A stretch of DNA of 64,000 bases. Origin: Octopus vulgaris. Its lineage: Eukaryota. The position numbers and the translations under genes were made by a program. Below, piece after piece: positions 30,501-46,585 of the stretch (its first letter is position 1; each line of letters begins with the position of its first letter). The stretch is taken from contig OX597826.1 of NCBI GenBank assembly GCA_951406725.2, positions 49,848,001 to 49,912,000 on the forward strand. The letters are read 5' to 3'. Below the pieces are notes generated by a model. The model had not been told where the DNA came from. It saw nothing but the letters and a program-made list of their open reading frames with translations, and ran no database searches.

Positions 30501-33500
30501 AATATATACAAATTATATATATGTATACAAATATATACAAATTATATATATATGTATACAAATATATACAAATTATATATATGTATACAAATATATACAA
30601 ATTATATTATGTATACAAATATATACAAATTATATATATGTATATAAATATAAACAAATATATATATATATATATATATACGAATTATATATATGTATAT
30701 AAATATATACAAATTATATATATATGTATACAAATATATACAAATTATATATATGTACACAAATATATACAAATTATATATATGTATACAAATATATACA
30801 AATTATATATATGTATACAAATATATACAATTTATATGTATGTATATAAATATATACAAATTATATTTATGTATATAAATATAAACAAATTATATATATG
30901 TATATAAATATATATACGAATTATATATATGTATATAAATATATACAAATTATATATATAAATATAAATATATACAAATTACATATATACGTATATAAAT
31001 ATATACAAATTATATATATGTACATAAATAAATACAAATTATATATAGGTATACAAATATATACAAATTATATATATGTATACAAATATATACAAATTAT
31101 ATATATGTATACAAATATATACTTTTTTATATATGTATACAAATATATACAAATTATATATATGTATACAAATATATACACATTATATATATGTATACAA
31201 ATATATACAAATTATATATATGTATACAAATATATACAAATTATATATATGTATACAAATTATATATATGTATACAAATATATACACTTTATATATATGT
31301 ATACAAATATATACACATTATATATATGTATACAAATATATACAAATTATATATATGTATACAAATATATACAAATTATATATATGTATACAAATATATA
31401 CAAATTATATATATGTATATAAATATATACAAATTATATATATGTATACAAATATATACACATTATATATATGTATACAAATATATACTTTTTACATATG
31501 TATACAAATATATACAAATTATATATATGTATACAAATATATACAAATTATATGTATGTATATAAATATATACAAATTATATTTATGTATATAAATATAT
31601 ACAAATTATATATATGTATATATATATATATACAAATTATATATATGTATATAAATATATATAAATTATATATATGTATATAAATATATACAAATAATAT
31701 ATATGTATATAAATATATACAAATTATATATATGTATAAAATATATACAAATTATATATATGTATAGATATATATACAAATTATATATATGTATACAAAT
31801 ATGTACAAATTATATATATATATACAAATATGTACAAATTATATATATATATACAAATATATACAAATTATATATATGTATACAAATATATACTTTTTTA
31901 TATAAGTATACAAATATATACAAATTATATATATGTATACAAATATATACAAATTATATATATGTATACAAATATATACAAATTATATATATGTATACAA
32001 ATATATACACATTATATATATGTATACAAGTATATACAAATTATATATATGTATACAAATGTATACAAATTATATATATATATACAAATATATACTTTTT
32101 ATATATGTATACAAATATATACAAATTCTTTATATGTTTATAAATAGATACAAATTATATATATGTATATAAATATATACGAATTATATATATATGTATA
32201 TAAATATATACAAATTATATATATGTATATAAATATATACAAATTATATATATGTATATAAATATATACAAATTATATATATGTATATAAATATATACAA
32301 ATTATATATATGTATATAAATATATACAAATTATATATATGTATACAAATATATACAAATTATATATATGTATACAAATATATACAAATTATATATATGT
32401 ATACAATACATACAAATTATATATAAGTATACAAATATATACAAATTATATATATGTATACAAATATATACAAATTGTATATATGTATATATATATATAT
32501 ACAAATTATATATATGTATACAAATATATACAAATTATATATATGTATACAAATATATACAAATTATATATATGTATACAAATATATACAAATTATATAT
32601 ATGTATACAAATATATACAAATTATATATATGTATACAAATATATACAAATATATATATATATGTATACAAATATATACAAATTATATATATGTATACAA
32701 ATATATACAAATTATATATATGTATACAAATATATACAAATTATATATATGTATACAAATATATACTTTATATATATGTATACAAATATATACAAATATA
32801 TATATATGTATACAAATATATACAAATTATATTTATGTATACAAATATATACAAATTATATATATGTATATAAATATATACAAATTATATATATGTATAC
32901 AAATATATACAAATTATATATATGCATATAAATATATACAAATTATATATATGCATATAAATATATACAAATTATATATATGTATGTAAATATATACAAA
33001 TTATATATATGTACATAAATATATAAAATTATATATATGTATACAAATATATACAAATTATATATATGTATACAAATATATACAAATTATATATATGTAT
33101 ACAAATATATACAAATTATATATATGTATACAAATATATACAAATTATATATATGTATACAAATATATACAAATTATATATATATATAAATATATACAAA
33201 TTATATATATGTATATAAATATATACAAATTATATATATGTATGTAAATATATACAAATTATATATATGTATACAAATATATACACATTATATATATGTA
33301 TACAAGTATATACAAATTATATATATGTATACAAATATGTACAAATTATATATATATATACAAATATATACTTTTTTATATATGTATACAAATATATACA
33401 AATTATATATATTTGTACAAATATATACAAATTATATGTATGTATATAATTATATACAAATTATATTTATGTATACAAATATATACAAATTATATATATG

Positions 33501-36500
33501 TATATAAATATATACGAATTATATATATGTATACAAAGATATACAAATTATATATATGCATATAAATATATACAAATTATATATATGCATATAAATATAT
33601 ACAAATTATATATATGTATGTAAATATATACAAATTATATATATGTATATAAATATATAGAAATTATATATATGTATACAAATATATACAAATTATATAT
33701 ATGTATACAAATATATACAAATTATATATATATGTATACAAATATATACAAATTATATATATGTATACAAATATATACAAATTATATATATGTATACAAA
33801 TATATACAAATTATATATATGTATATAAATATATACAAATTATATATATGTATGTAAATATATACAATTATATATATGTATATAAATATATACAAATTAT
33901 ATATATGTATACAAATATATATAAATTATATATATGTATACAAATATATACAAATTATATATATGTATACAAATATATACAAATTATATATATGTATACA
34001 AATATATACAAATTATATATATGTATACAAATATATACACATTATATATATGTATACAAATATATACAAATTATATATATGTATACAAATATATACAAAT
34101 TATATATATGTATACAAATATATATACATATTATATATATGTATACAAATATATACATATTATATATATGTATACAAATATATACAATTATATATATGTA
34201 TACAAATATATACAAATTATATATATGTATACAAATATATAGAAATTATATATATGTATACAAATATATACTTATATATATGTATACAAATATATACAAA
34301 TTATATATATGTATATAAATATATACAAATTATATGTATGTATATAAATATATACAAATTATATATATGTATATAAATATATACAAATTATATATATGTA
34401 CATAAATATATACAAATTATATATATGTATGCAAATATATACAAATTATATATGTGTATACAAATATATACAAATTATATATATGTATACAAATATATAC
34501 AAATTATATATATGTATACAAATATATACAAATTGTATATATGTATATATATATATATATACAAATTATATATATGTATACAATATATACAAATTATATA
34601 TATGTATACAAATATATACAAATTATATATGTGTATACAAATATATACAAATTATATATATGTATACAAATATATACAAATTATATATATGTATACAAAT
34701 ATATACAAATTATATAAATGTATACAAATATATACAAATTATATATATGTATACAAATATATACAAATTATATATATGTATACAAATATATACAAATTAT
34801 ATATATGTATACAAATATATACTTTTTATATATGTATACAAATATATACAAATTATATATATGTATACAAATATATACAAATTATATTTATGTATACAAA
34901 TATATACAAATTATATATATGTATATAAATATATACGAATTATATATATGTATACAAATATATACAAATTATATATATGCATATAAATATATACAAATTA
35001 TATATATGCATATAAATATATACAAATTATATATATGTATGTAAATATATACAAATTATATATATGTACATAAATATAAAGAAATTATATATATGTATAC
35101 AAATATATACAAATTATATATATGTATACAAATATATCAAATTATATATATGTATACAAATATATACAAATTATATATATGTATACAAATATATACAAAT
35201 TATATATATGTATACAAATATATACAAATTATATATATGTATATAAATATATACAAATTATATATATGTATAAAATATATACAAATTATATATATGTATT
35301 AAATATATACAAATTATATATATGTATACAAATATATACACATTATATATATGTATACAAATATATACAAATTATATATATGTATACAAATATATACAAA
35401 TTATATATATATATACAAATATATACTTTTTTATATATGTATACAAATATATACAAATTATATATATGTGTACAAATATATACAAATTATATGTATGTAT
35501 ATAATTATATACAAATTATATTTATGTATACAAATATATACAAATTATATATATGTATATAAATATATACGAATTATATATATGTATACAAATATATACA
35601 AATTATATATATGCATATAAATATATACAAATTATATATATGCATATAAATATATACAAATTATATATATGTATGTAAATATATACAAATTATATATATG
35701 TACATAAATATATAGAAATTATATATATGTATACAAATATATACAAATTATATATATGTATACAAATATATCAATTATATATATATGTATACAAATATAT
35801 ACAATTTATATATATGTATACAAATATATATTATATATATATACATATATATAATTTATATATATAAATATACAAATTATATATATGTATATAAATATAT
35901 ACAAATTATATATATGTATGTAAATATATACGAATTATATATATGTACATAAATATATACAAATTATATATATGTATACAAATATATATAAATTATATAT
36001 ATGTATACAAATATATACAAATTATATATATGTATACAAATATATACAAATTATATATATGTATACAAATATATACAAATTATATATATGTATACAAATA
36101 TATACAATTATATATATGTATACAAATATATACAAATTGTATATATGTATACAAATATATACAAATTATATATATGTATACAAATATATACATATTATAT
36201 ATATGTATACAAATATATACATATTATATATATGTATACAATATATACAATTATATATATTATAAAATATATACAAATTATATATATGTATACAAATATA
36301 TAAAATTATATATATGTATACAAATATATACAAATTTTATATATGTATACAAATATATACAAATTATATATATGTATACAAATATATACAAATTATATGT
36401 ATGTATATAAATATATACAAATTATATATATGTATATAAATATATACAAATTATATATATGTATAGAAATATATACAAATTTATATATATGTATACAAAT

Positions 36501-36598
36501 ATATACAAATTATATATGTGTATACAAATATATACAAATTATATATATGTATACAAATATATACAAATTATATATATGTATACAAATATATACAAATT
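21580..36598. repeat. AT-rich 29-bp satellite, ~15 kb (~500 copies)
   Basis: Consensus TATATATGTATACAAATATATACAAATTA; source of all the [13 protein letters not shown] ORFs. Confidence 0.97.
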
Positions 36599-36679
36599 GT
36601 TTTGAAACACTGTACCAGCATACGAAGTTTCAAATTATTTAGTTAAGTAGAAAGATCTTGGCTCCTGGCCACACAATTG

Positions 36680-36885
36680 AAAAGATCCTATTATTATTAT
36701 TATTATCATCATCATCATCATCATTATTATTATTATCATCATCATCATCCTTATCATCATCATCATCATCATTATTATTATTATTGTTATCATTATTATT
36801 ATTATTTTTTATTATTATTGTTGTTGTTGTTGTTGTTGTTGATGTTATCACCGTCGTTGTCGTCATTATCATTATCGTTATCATT
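36680..36885. repeat. (ATT)/(ATC)/(GTT) microsatellite
   Basis: Visible directly. Confidence 0.9.
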
Positions 36886-37080
36886 ATCTCGCAGGCTGAC
36901 CATGCATTTAAAACGAGGAGCACTAGCAACACACTACATCACACATCATAAAACAAAGCTACAGAGGAAAACATTAATAGACAATTCTTCCATAGTTTAT
37001 ACAATTTTCCAGAAATAGGAGACTGATTATGGAAACAACACTAATACAGCAGTACAAAGCTACAATTAACATATAAAATA
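36886..37080 (+). pseudogene. Penelope-like element GIY-YIG endonuclease C-terminal fragment
   Basis: LSRRLTMHL.RGAL..H...HH...L.R..L.DNS.I, frameshift, then LIME..LI..YK.TIN; recognised from memory of PLE endonuclease C-termini. Confidence 0.55.
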
Positions 37081-37599
37081 TACATATCACAATTGCAAAT
37101 CTGATGATGTGAAACACTAAGTTTCTAACAGTAGAGTTTTGGTGGGAAAAACCTACGGAAATGTCTCCACGATAAAATGGGAAGTACAGAAGCCAAAGCC
37201 GTTCCACATCCGAAAGATGAGACTAAGAATGTTTGAAAACGGTGATAAGGATAACTTTACGAACTTTATAACTCCAAAGAACTCATAAAGACCTGATATG
37301 CAGATGAAAGAAAAGATCAAATTAGAACATATTCGTATTTTTCAATACATTTTAAAACAATAGCTCGTCCCCATATATAGAAGAAATAAAGGTGCATGTG
37401 TGCGTGGTGTATGCGTGTGTGTGTGTATGTCTCAGTGTGTGCATGCGTACGTGTGTGTGTGTGCACGCGGGTAGGTAAGGAAATATGCATATATTGTTGC
37501 TCTTGTTATAGTTGCTTATATATATATGCATGAATAGACACACACACATACATATATATTATATATATAATATATATATATATATATATTATATATTAT

Positions 37600-37830
37600 G
37601 GCGGCGAGCTGGCAGAGTCGTTAGCACGCTGGGCGAAATGCGTAGCCGTATTTCGTCTGCCGGAACGCTCTGAGTTCAAATGCCGCCGAGGTCGACTTGG
37701 CCTTTCATCCTTTCGAGGTCGATTAAATAAGTACCAGTTACACACTGGGGTCGATATAATCGACTTAATCCGTTTGTCTGTCCTTGTTTGCCCCCTCTGT
37801 GTTTAGCCCCTTGTAGTTAGTAAAGAAATA
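37600..37830 (+). mobile_element. SINE family B
   Basis: Homology to 12757-12981; inserted in (TA)n. Confidence 0.88.
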
Positions 37831-38975
37831 TATATATTATATTACTTTATATTTATTAGTCAATAAAATTCCGATTTTCACGTTATTTTTGTATCTTTAC
37901 AATTTTCAGAGTATTTTCATGTTATATAACAATTGTCAGGTAAATGTATAGTTAGAAAATTAAGAAACGGCGAAGGTATTTTACATTTGCCAACTGCAGT
38001 GACATGGCTAAATTTTGCCGTTAAATACTTCCCAGTACGCTCCACGGGGTTAAACCATACGAAAGCTACTCAGCGTGCGATTTTATTTGGTGACGTTAAA
38101 AATATTTCGATGATATGAATTGTGGAACTAAAAATGTTTTCCTACTCTGGACTTCTTTTGTTTCTTGAGTCGCTCTGTATTGTTCTATAGGTATTTATTT
38201 TTCTCGTTGTATACCACTTTCTATTAACAGGAGTGAACATTTTTGCTTAAGAAGAAATCCCTTGATTTCACAGGTATATAGTTAGACAAACAGACAGAAA
38301 GAAAGAAAGACAGATATAGATAGATAGATAGATAGGTAGGTAGGTAGGTAGGTAGGTAGGTAGGTTGGTAGATAGATAGATAGGTAAACGTTTGCTAAAC
38401 ACACGAATAAAATCTTCTCAAAACATGGAGATTGCGTATTTCATTTGAAACCGAAATTTCTTGAATCATCCTGGGATTTACGTTGTTCTTTATTCAGAGT
38501 CGGAGGTGGGAAAGCAGCGTGAAAACCATATATGTAAAAACATTCGTAAACACTTCGAAATATGATTAATCCTTGCAAAATCAGAAAACGTTCCACACTT
38601 TTATGTGATCAATCGTGAACGCTGAAAACTTCCTCTAAATACAACTTTAGTACCTGCTCCCTCAATGTCACGTGTCTTTCGAAAACATGAGTTTGCCGGG
38701 TTACGGTGTCTTTCATGTAATTGTAGAGCAAAATGTTATATAAGGTTTACTAAAAAATCCTTCTAAAAAGCGATTCACATAACATACATATATATTCAAG
38801 CATCTTAGTTTCCAAATATATCATTAGTGTCCAAATATATAATTTTCATAAATGATAATGATATGAACAATTACAAAATCCATTTGTCCATTATAGAACA
38901 CCCTCCATCCCCACCAACATAACGACATTTGTTGTCTTTTGAAAAAAGCTTAAAACTAAAGAATTTATTCAGTAA

Positions 38976-39361
38976 CTAGCAGTATCGCCCGGCGTTGCTC
39001 GGGTTGTAAGGGAAATAACTATAAAGCATTTTTAGAGAGTTATAGCCAAAAAATAGCAAAAAAAGGGAAAAAAAATTATGGTAAATTTTTTTTTAGATCG
39101 TTGACTCATCGTAAACATTTTTAGAGAGCTACTTCCTTTATATAATAGTGAAAAAATGCATTAAAATGGAAAAAAAATGATGGTAAATTATTTTAAAAAT
39201 CGTAGACTCATCGTAGACGCGCGCTAATACCCAGAAGGGCTCGATATGAATCACGACTATAAGATACCCGCTTTTGGTTAAACCGCACCGCAAAATGTGG
39301 GAGTAGTTAGGAATCTAAATCGTAGGAGACAGACACACAACCTTACTTTTATATATAAAGA
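38976..39361 (-). mobile_element. Non-autonomous Helitron (same family as 7441)
   Basis: A|CTAG end, hairpin, GA|T other end on the plus strand. Confidence 0.88.
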
Positions 39362-39692
39362 TTTCTACATATTGCCATAACTGTTTATTGCACACATAAA
39401 ACACAAAACGGTTATTTGTCAACGCTTATACTTCATTAACACTTAACCTCTTTGCCTTTGTATGTTTTACACATATGATTATCAAACCGTGAAAATATGA
39501 GCTTTTATGTGAATAGATGAGTATCTCACGAGTACTACACATGATAAGTAATTAAATCTTGATTTATTCTCGAATATTATGGTTTATATATGTTTCTTTC
39601 ATACTTCAACCGTTTGAATGATCGCCAGCATGAAACTCCGAGTAATAATGCAACGAGTAAAGAAGCTCAAGCATTTATGTTCGTGTATATAA

Positions 39693-39740
<48 letters not shown>

Positions 39741-39753
39741 ATACATTTGCATA

Positions 39754-39788
<35 letters not shown>

Positions 39789-39946
39789 GCATACGTATAT
39801 GTTTCGCATATAGACATACGTATGTACATAAAATTGCAAAATACATCTGAATTCAAGTTGTTGGTCGATTTATCGGTATTGTTATATCATCATCATCATC
39901 ATCATCATTATTATTACCAGCAGCAGAAGCATTATTGTTTCCTGCT

Positions 39947-40061
<115 letters not shown>

Positions 40062-40250
40062 TAGTACATGCCGGACAAAATGCTTTGTTCCGGCTTTAAG
40101 TGTTCTGAGTTCAAATACCACTGGGGTCGAGTTTGCCTTTCACCGTGTTTCAAGGATGATGAGCTCTATGCATTGCTAGGAGCTTTCTTGCCTTCCTGAC
40201 CAACCCTTTTAGCTCATCCTCTGTCCACTCAAGAAAACCAGCGCCATACC

Positions 40251-40495
40251 TATTTCTTTATTACCCACAAGGGGCTAAACACAGAGGGGACAAACAAGGA
40301 CAGACATAGGTATTAAGTCGATTACATCGACCACAGTGCGTAACTGGTACTTAATTTATTCGACCCCGAAAGGATGAAAGGTAAAGTCGACCTCGGCGGA
40401 ATTTGAACTCAGAATGTAACGGCAGACGAAATACCGCTAAGCATTTCGCCCGGCGCGCTAACGTTTCTGCCAGCTCACGTTTCTGCCAGCTCACC
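40251..40495 (-). mobile_element. SINE family B flanked by ~140-bp direct repeats
   Basis: Homology to family B; flanks 40108-40250 and 40498-40638 are near identical. Confidence 0.88.
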
Positions 40496-40897
40496 CAGTT
40501 CAAATACCACTGGGGTCGAGTTTGCCTTTCACCGTTTCAAGGATGATGAGCTCTATGCATTGCTAGGAGCTTTCTTGCCTTCCTGACCAACCCTTTTAGG
40601 CTCATCCTCTGTCCACTCAAGTAAACCAGCGCCATACCGAACCCCTGCGACTGCGCGCCTGTTTATTGCCGAAATTGTCTCTGGCATTCAGGTTTGGATC
40701 CAATATTTTTTCTCAATCGCCGCACACTTTCTTTGTCATTTCTTTCATATCAGTATGCTTAATTCCATTTCCCAGATGTTTATATCCGGATGATTGGTCT
40801 CATCAGTTCACCACTTGGCATACATATACCTTTCTCTGCTGACAAGCTTTCTTCCTCTCATCACCATCGCAGCACATCTTGAAAGTCCAAACTCCAT

Positions 40898-41333
40898 ACT
40901 CTTTTCTACTCTTTTACTCTTTTACTTGTTTCAGTCATTTGACTGCGGCCATGCTGGAGCACCGCCTTTTTAGTCGAGCAAATCGACCCCGGGACTTATT
41001 CTTTGTAAGCCCAGTACTTATTCTATCGGTATGTTTTGCCGAACCGCTAAGTGACGGGGACGTAAACACACCAGCATCGGTTGTCAAGCAATGCTAGAGG
41101 GACAAACACAGACACACAAACACACACACACACACATACACATATATATATATATATATATAGATATATACGACAGGCTTCTTTCAGTTTCCGTCTACCA
41201 AATCCACTCACAAGGCATTGGTCGGCCCGGGGCTATAACAGAAGACACTTGCCCAAGATGCCACGCAGTGGGACTGAACCCGGAACCATGTGGTTGGTTA
41301 GCAAGCTACTTACCACACAGCCACTCCTGCGCC
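40898..41333 (-). mobile_element. SINE family A (full length)
   Basis: Reverse complement of 936-1400. Confidence 0.9.
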
Positions 41334-41559
41334 TATCTTGATATTATTTAAGAAAATCTGCACAGACTGGACTAGACTGTCCAGTTCTGTCCTAGACTGT
41401 CCAAGTTTTATCTCTCTTTTGTGAACAACTTCAAATCATCCGTGAATAGCGGGTAATTAAGTTTTCCTTCACAACTTCCCTGATCATGCCTCAGCTTTGG
41501 TTCCTGCAGTATTTCACTCCTGGGAATTATGCCCAGCAGAAAAATTAGTGGGTATACGC

Positions 41560-41960
41560 TCTCCATCATCATCATCATCATCATCACCATCATCATAATA
41601 ATCATAATCATCTTCATTATTGTTGTTGTTGCTCTTGTTATTGTTATTATTATTATTATTTTTGTTTTTTTTTTCAAATTTGCTTCCATTTCTTGCCGAG
41701 CGTCTTCCCGACTCCTAGGGCATTACTATTATTATTATTATTATTATTATGTAAGACGTCGCACAGTATCCGATATTGTGATGTTGTAGATTGAAGATAT
41801 CGTGTGTACCATCATTACTACAACTGTTGCTACTACTACTACTGCTGCTGCTGCTGCTACTACTACAACTACTATTACTACAACTACTACTACTACAACA
41901 ACTACTACTACTACAACAACAACTACTACTACTACTACAACTACTACTACTACAACAACA

Positions 41961-42017
<57 letters not shown>

Positions 42018-42463
42018 GCGGTTACTGTTATATTTCTCTTTTTCTCCTCTAAAACTATTTCGTTTTTTCATTCCTCTTTTAAATCTTCCTCTTTTAAGTT
42101 TTCGCCATCATTATCCTTGTCATCATGAACAATATCATTAAATATCATCATCATCATCATCATCATCATCGTCATTATCGTCATTATCGTCATCATCACC
42201 ACCACTATACACTTTAAAAGGTCTTACATTCTTCCTCCCCTTCACCGCTACCTCACTGTTGCCAACCTGCTGAGAGGAAGCTATGTCTTCTTCGACATGG
42301 ATTGCTTGGCTGGAATAAAAAAAAAAACAAAAGCGAGGGAAGTCAGTTACAATGGGTGGTGGGGAGGGTTGCTATGCTCAGGTCGTTCCATAGACTCCCT
42401 ATTAGAGGACTTTCATCTTTTTCGCACATATAACAACCAAGATCAGAGGCAAGGAAGACATCA

Positions 42464-42524
<61 letters not shown>

Positions 42525-42610
42525 GAGGAGGAGGAGAATGATGATGATAAATATTATTACTATCAGCATCATCATCATCATTATTAATACTATTATTATT
42601 ATTATTATTA

Positions 42611-42641
<31 letters not shown>

Positions 42642-42761
42642 AGCAGTGCGAAAATCATTTTACTATTACCTTTACTACTACTACTGCTGCTGCTGCTGCA
42701 GCTGCTGCTACTACTTATACTGCTGTTGTTGCTGTTTTTGAGAATGTCAATAATGTTTATT

Positions 42762-42804
<43 letters not shown>

Positions 42805-43063
42805 TAATAATAATAATAATAATAGAAGAGCTCATTAAAATATGAACATCATGTTGAGGAATGGTTGAAGGTGAGGAGGAGTAAGAAGATGAAGAGGAAT
42901 AGGAGGAGGAGGATGAGATGAAGAAGAAGAAGAAGAAGAAGAAGAAGAAGAAGAAGAGGAGGAGGAGGAGAAAGAGGGTGCGGAAGATCCATGATGATTA
43001 TGATCTGATGATGACAATAGTTTATAAAATACAATCCTAACAGTAAAAATAGAGATGATGATG

Positions 43064-43124
<61 letters not shown>

Positions 43125-43434
43125 TGATGATGATAATAATAATGACAACAACAACAGTAGCAGTAGCAAATATAATACCGACAACCACATTGACAACAAT
43201 AGCAACAACAATTGAATAAGAAGCAACTACAAGAGTTGAGATAATAATAATAATAATAATAATAATACCACCGCTCTCTCACTCAATAATAATAATAATA
43301 ATAATAATAATAGTAATAATAATAGTAATAATAATAGTAATAATAATAATAATAATAACAATAATAATAACAACAACAACAACAACAACAATAATAATAA
43401 TAATATTAATAATAATAACAACAGCAACAACAAC

Positions 43435-43480
<46 letters not shown>

Positions 43481-43610
43481 TTAATAATAATAATAATAAT
43501 AATAATAACAACAACAACAACAACAACACCGACCACGACCACGACGACAACAACAACAATAGTAACAACAGCAAAAACAACAACAACAAGAACAGCAACA
43601 ATGGCATGAA
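41560..43610. repeat. Compound trinucleotide microsatellite field (ATC, ATT, CTA/CAA, AAT, GAA)
   Basis: Visible directly. Confidence 0.9.
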
Positions 43611-44660
43611 GAATACAATGGAGAAATGTAAAAGAAAAAAAAATTGGAAAAGATGAACAAAAAAAAGAGAGATGGCGAGATAGATATATTAGAAAGAGAG
43701 AGAGTTTGTGTGTGAAGCAAGCGAAGAATCGAGAAGAAAAGAGAGAGAGGAAAGAGAGTGAAAAAGAAGGATGTCTAAACAATGAAATGGAAGGAATTGG
43801 ATAACAAAGGTTCCATTGATTGTTGGTGGCATTCTTGTCCCCACGCCTTCCCCCCACAACACCACCTCAGCCAGCACAACCCACGACTCTCACATTATTC
43901 AAAATCACAGGCACATGTAAACACACACACACACACAAACACACGCACATACACACACATAACGACATGCCACCCGAACTTCTATCAATACTGCCCGCCT
44001 GCCCACCCCTGCCACCTCTATAACCACTTTTCCAACCACTCTCCCCGCTTTTTAAAAGCAAGCTATAGTATCGAAAAACAGTCCTGCGAGGAATATATCA
44101 ACTCTGCGAAACAATCAATCATAAGAGTCTTTAAGAGAATGGCAACTTCCGTATGGGAATGGGACCAAAAGATTTGGCAAATCTAGCATTTCCTTTGTTA
44201 GCTGTGTTTAGCACAGCAGTGGAGTTGGCATCAGAGCTTTCTCGTTGCAAGCATAAGATGGCGACGTAGATAGCTGGGTGGTTAGTTCGTTTGTGTGGTT
44301 CACTGCTTCAATGGTCAACCGGATCATTAGTTCCTTTATTGGTCGACTGTGGCTGCTGTAGCACTGCTGCTTATAAGGAGGAGGAGAGGCAGGAGAAGCA
44401 GGGGAGTAGGAGGGTGTTGATGATGATGGTGATGATGGTATTGCTGTCGGTTGGGAAATAGGTCGGTGGGTACGTGGGTTTAAATCTATAGTAAAATCAT
44501 CGATTTTTTTTTCAAATGGAACTTAGATGCAAACTTGTAGATGAGAACACACACACACCACGAACGCGCGCACTCAGAAAACTCACACACATATACACAA
44601 ATACAAACACATGTATAAATCCATGTACATATATGAATATATATATGCATTTATATATCT

Positions 44661-44759
<99 letters not shown>

Positions 44760-45086
44760 TTATACATGAATATATGTATATATGTATATATATATATGTG
44801 TGTGTGCGTGTTGGTATATATGTGAGTGGTAGTGTGAGTGTGTGTGACACAAACAATCTCACACACACATATATACCAAAACATATATATATCTGGAGTT
44901 CATATGGTATATTAGGAACTCTTCAGTTTCCTTACCTCTTTTCTCAATGGACGTTGTCATAGACTGAAATTTATGGAATTTATTTGGAATTTGGTTTTGA
45001 GTTCTTTTGTGATGAAGGCAACGTTTCTGAATGATTTAAAGCGTGCAGCATAAAGCACATATGTGTGCATGCGTGTATATACATAC

Positions 45087-45149
<63 letters not shown>

Positions 45150-45561
45150 CATACATACATATATATATAGCAGCTATGCACACATTGACCCGCAAACATA
45201 AATAACAAATGCATATATATATATATATATATATATATCATAAGAGTCTTTAGGAGAATGGCAACTTCTGCGTGGGAATGGGACCAAAAGTTTTGGCATA
45301 TCCAGCATTCCTGGGCCGCGGAACTCTACACTTTTTTCATTCTCTCTCTCACTCTCTCTCTCTCTCTCCCTCTCTCCCTCTCCCTCTTCCTCTCTCTTTT
45401 TCTCTCTTTACTTCCTCTTATTCCTTTCTGTCGAAGACTGTAGGCTCGAAATGTAAAAGACTTTTCCTTTTTTCCAGAGCGTCAAACTAATACACTTGTC
45501 TGTTGTTCCTTAGGCTTTTGTTTTTCTATCAATTTCAACAAAATATATATATACATATACA

Positions 45562-45732
45562 GGCGCAGGAGTGGCTGTGTGGTAAGTAGCTTGCTAACCA
45601 ACCACATGGTTCCGGGTTCAGTCCCATTGCGTGGCACCTTGGGCAAGTGTCTTCTGCTATAGCCCCGGGCCGACCAATGCCTTGTGAGTGGATTTGGTAG
45701 ACGGAAACTGAAAGAAGCCCGTCGTATATATG

Positions 45733-45776
<44 letters not shown>

Positions 45777-45988
45777 TGTGTCTGTGTTTGTCCCCCTAGC
45801 ATTGCTTGACAACCGATGCTGGTGTGTTTATGTCCCCGTTACTTAACGGTTCGGCAAAAGAGACCGATAGAATAAGTACTGGGCTTACAAAAAGAATAAG
45901 TCCCGGGGTCGAGTTGCTCGATTAAAAGGTGGTGCTCCAGCATGGCCGCAGTCAAATGACTGAAACAAGTAAAAGAGAGTAAAAGAGT
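45562..45988 (+). mobile_element. SINE family A (full length)
   Basis: Near identical to 936-1400. Confidence 0.9.
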
Positions 45989-46304
45989 ATATATATATTG
46001 TCAGAGTCTGGAAGCTCTAGAAGAAATTACTCAATGCATGTTTTTGTATTTTTATTTGTTTATTTTATCACAATTTTTTAATACATACATGCGTGTTTAA
46101 GTGTGTATACATGTAATGTAAATATGAAGTTTACTGGGACCTCGTGTTCTACCTAGGAACTACTTCAACCAGCCGTCAGGCGAAACTTGATACCTGCAGA
46201 GGATATAACCTTTACAATAAATTTGACTCTACTCGCACTCCATCAGTAAAAATTACGTTGATATTTTAAAACTTGCTTCAAAACAATAACACACACACAT
46301 CTGC

Positions 46305-46585
46305 TGATGTGTATGTATGTACGTATGCGTGTGTGTGTGTGTGTGTGCATGTATGTATGTATGTTTGTGCATGTATGTGCATATATGTGTGTCTATGCAT
46401 GTATGTGTGTGCATGTATGTGTGTATGTATGTGCATGTATGTATTTGTGCATGTATGTATTTGTGCATATATGTGTGTGTCTGTGCATGTATGTATTTGT
46501 GCATGTATATGTGTGTCTGTGCATGTGTGTGTTTGTCTGTGCATGTATGTGTGTGCTTGTATGTGTATGCATATATGTCTGTGTA
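46305..46585. repeat. Degenerate (GT)n-derived minisatellite (GTGCATGTAT motif)
   Basis: Recurring GTGCATGTATGT units. Confidence 0.8.

Larger units (their letters stand above)
40150..41530 (-). pseudogene. Non-LTR retrotransposon RT fragment (R4/Dong-like), split by two SINEs
   Basis: N.PLFTDDLKLF, MEFGLSRC, LNAR and WT.DE....RKARKLLAMHRAHHP motifs on the minus strand. Confidence 0.65.

Noticed and set aside
22399-36642. Dozens of Y/I/K-rich ORFs
   Set aside because: Translations of the 29-bp satellite, open in all three frames by chance
37100-37130. CTGATGATGTGAAAC as a hammerhead
   Set aside because: Only 3 nt between CUGAUGA and GAAA, so no helix II. Similar isolated motifs at 2192, 14861, 44921 and 59100 also lack helices
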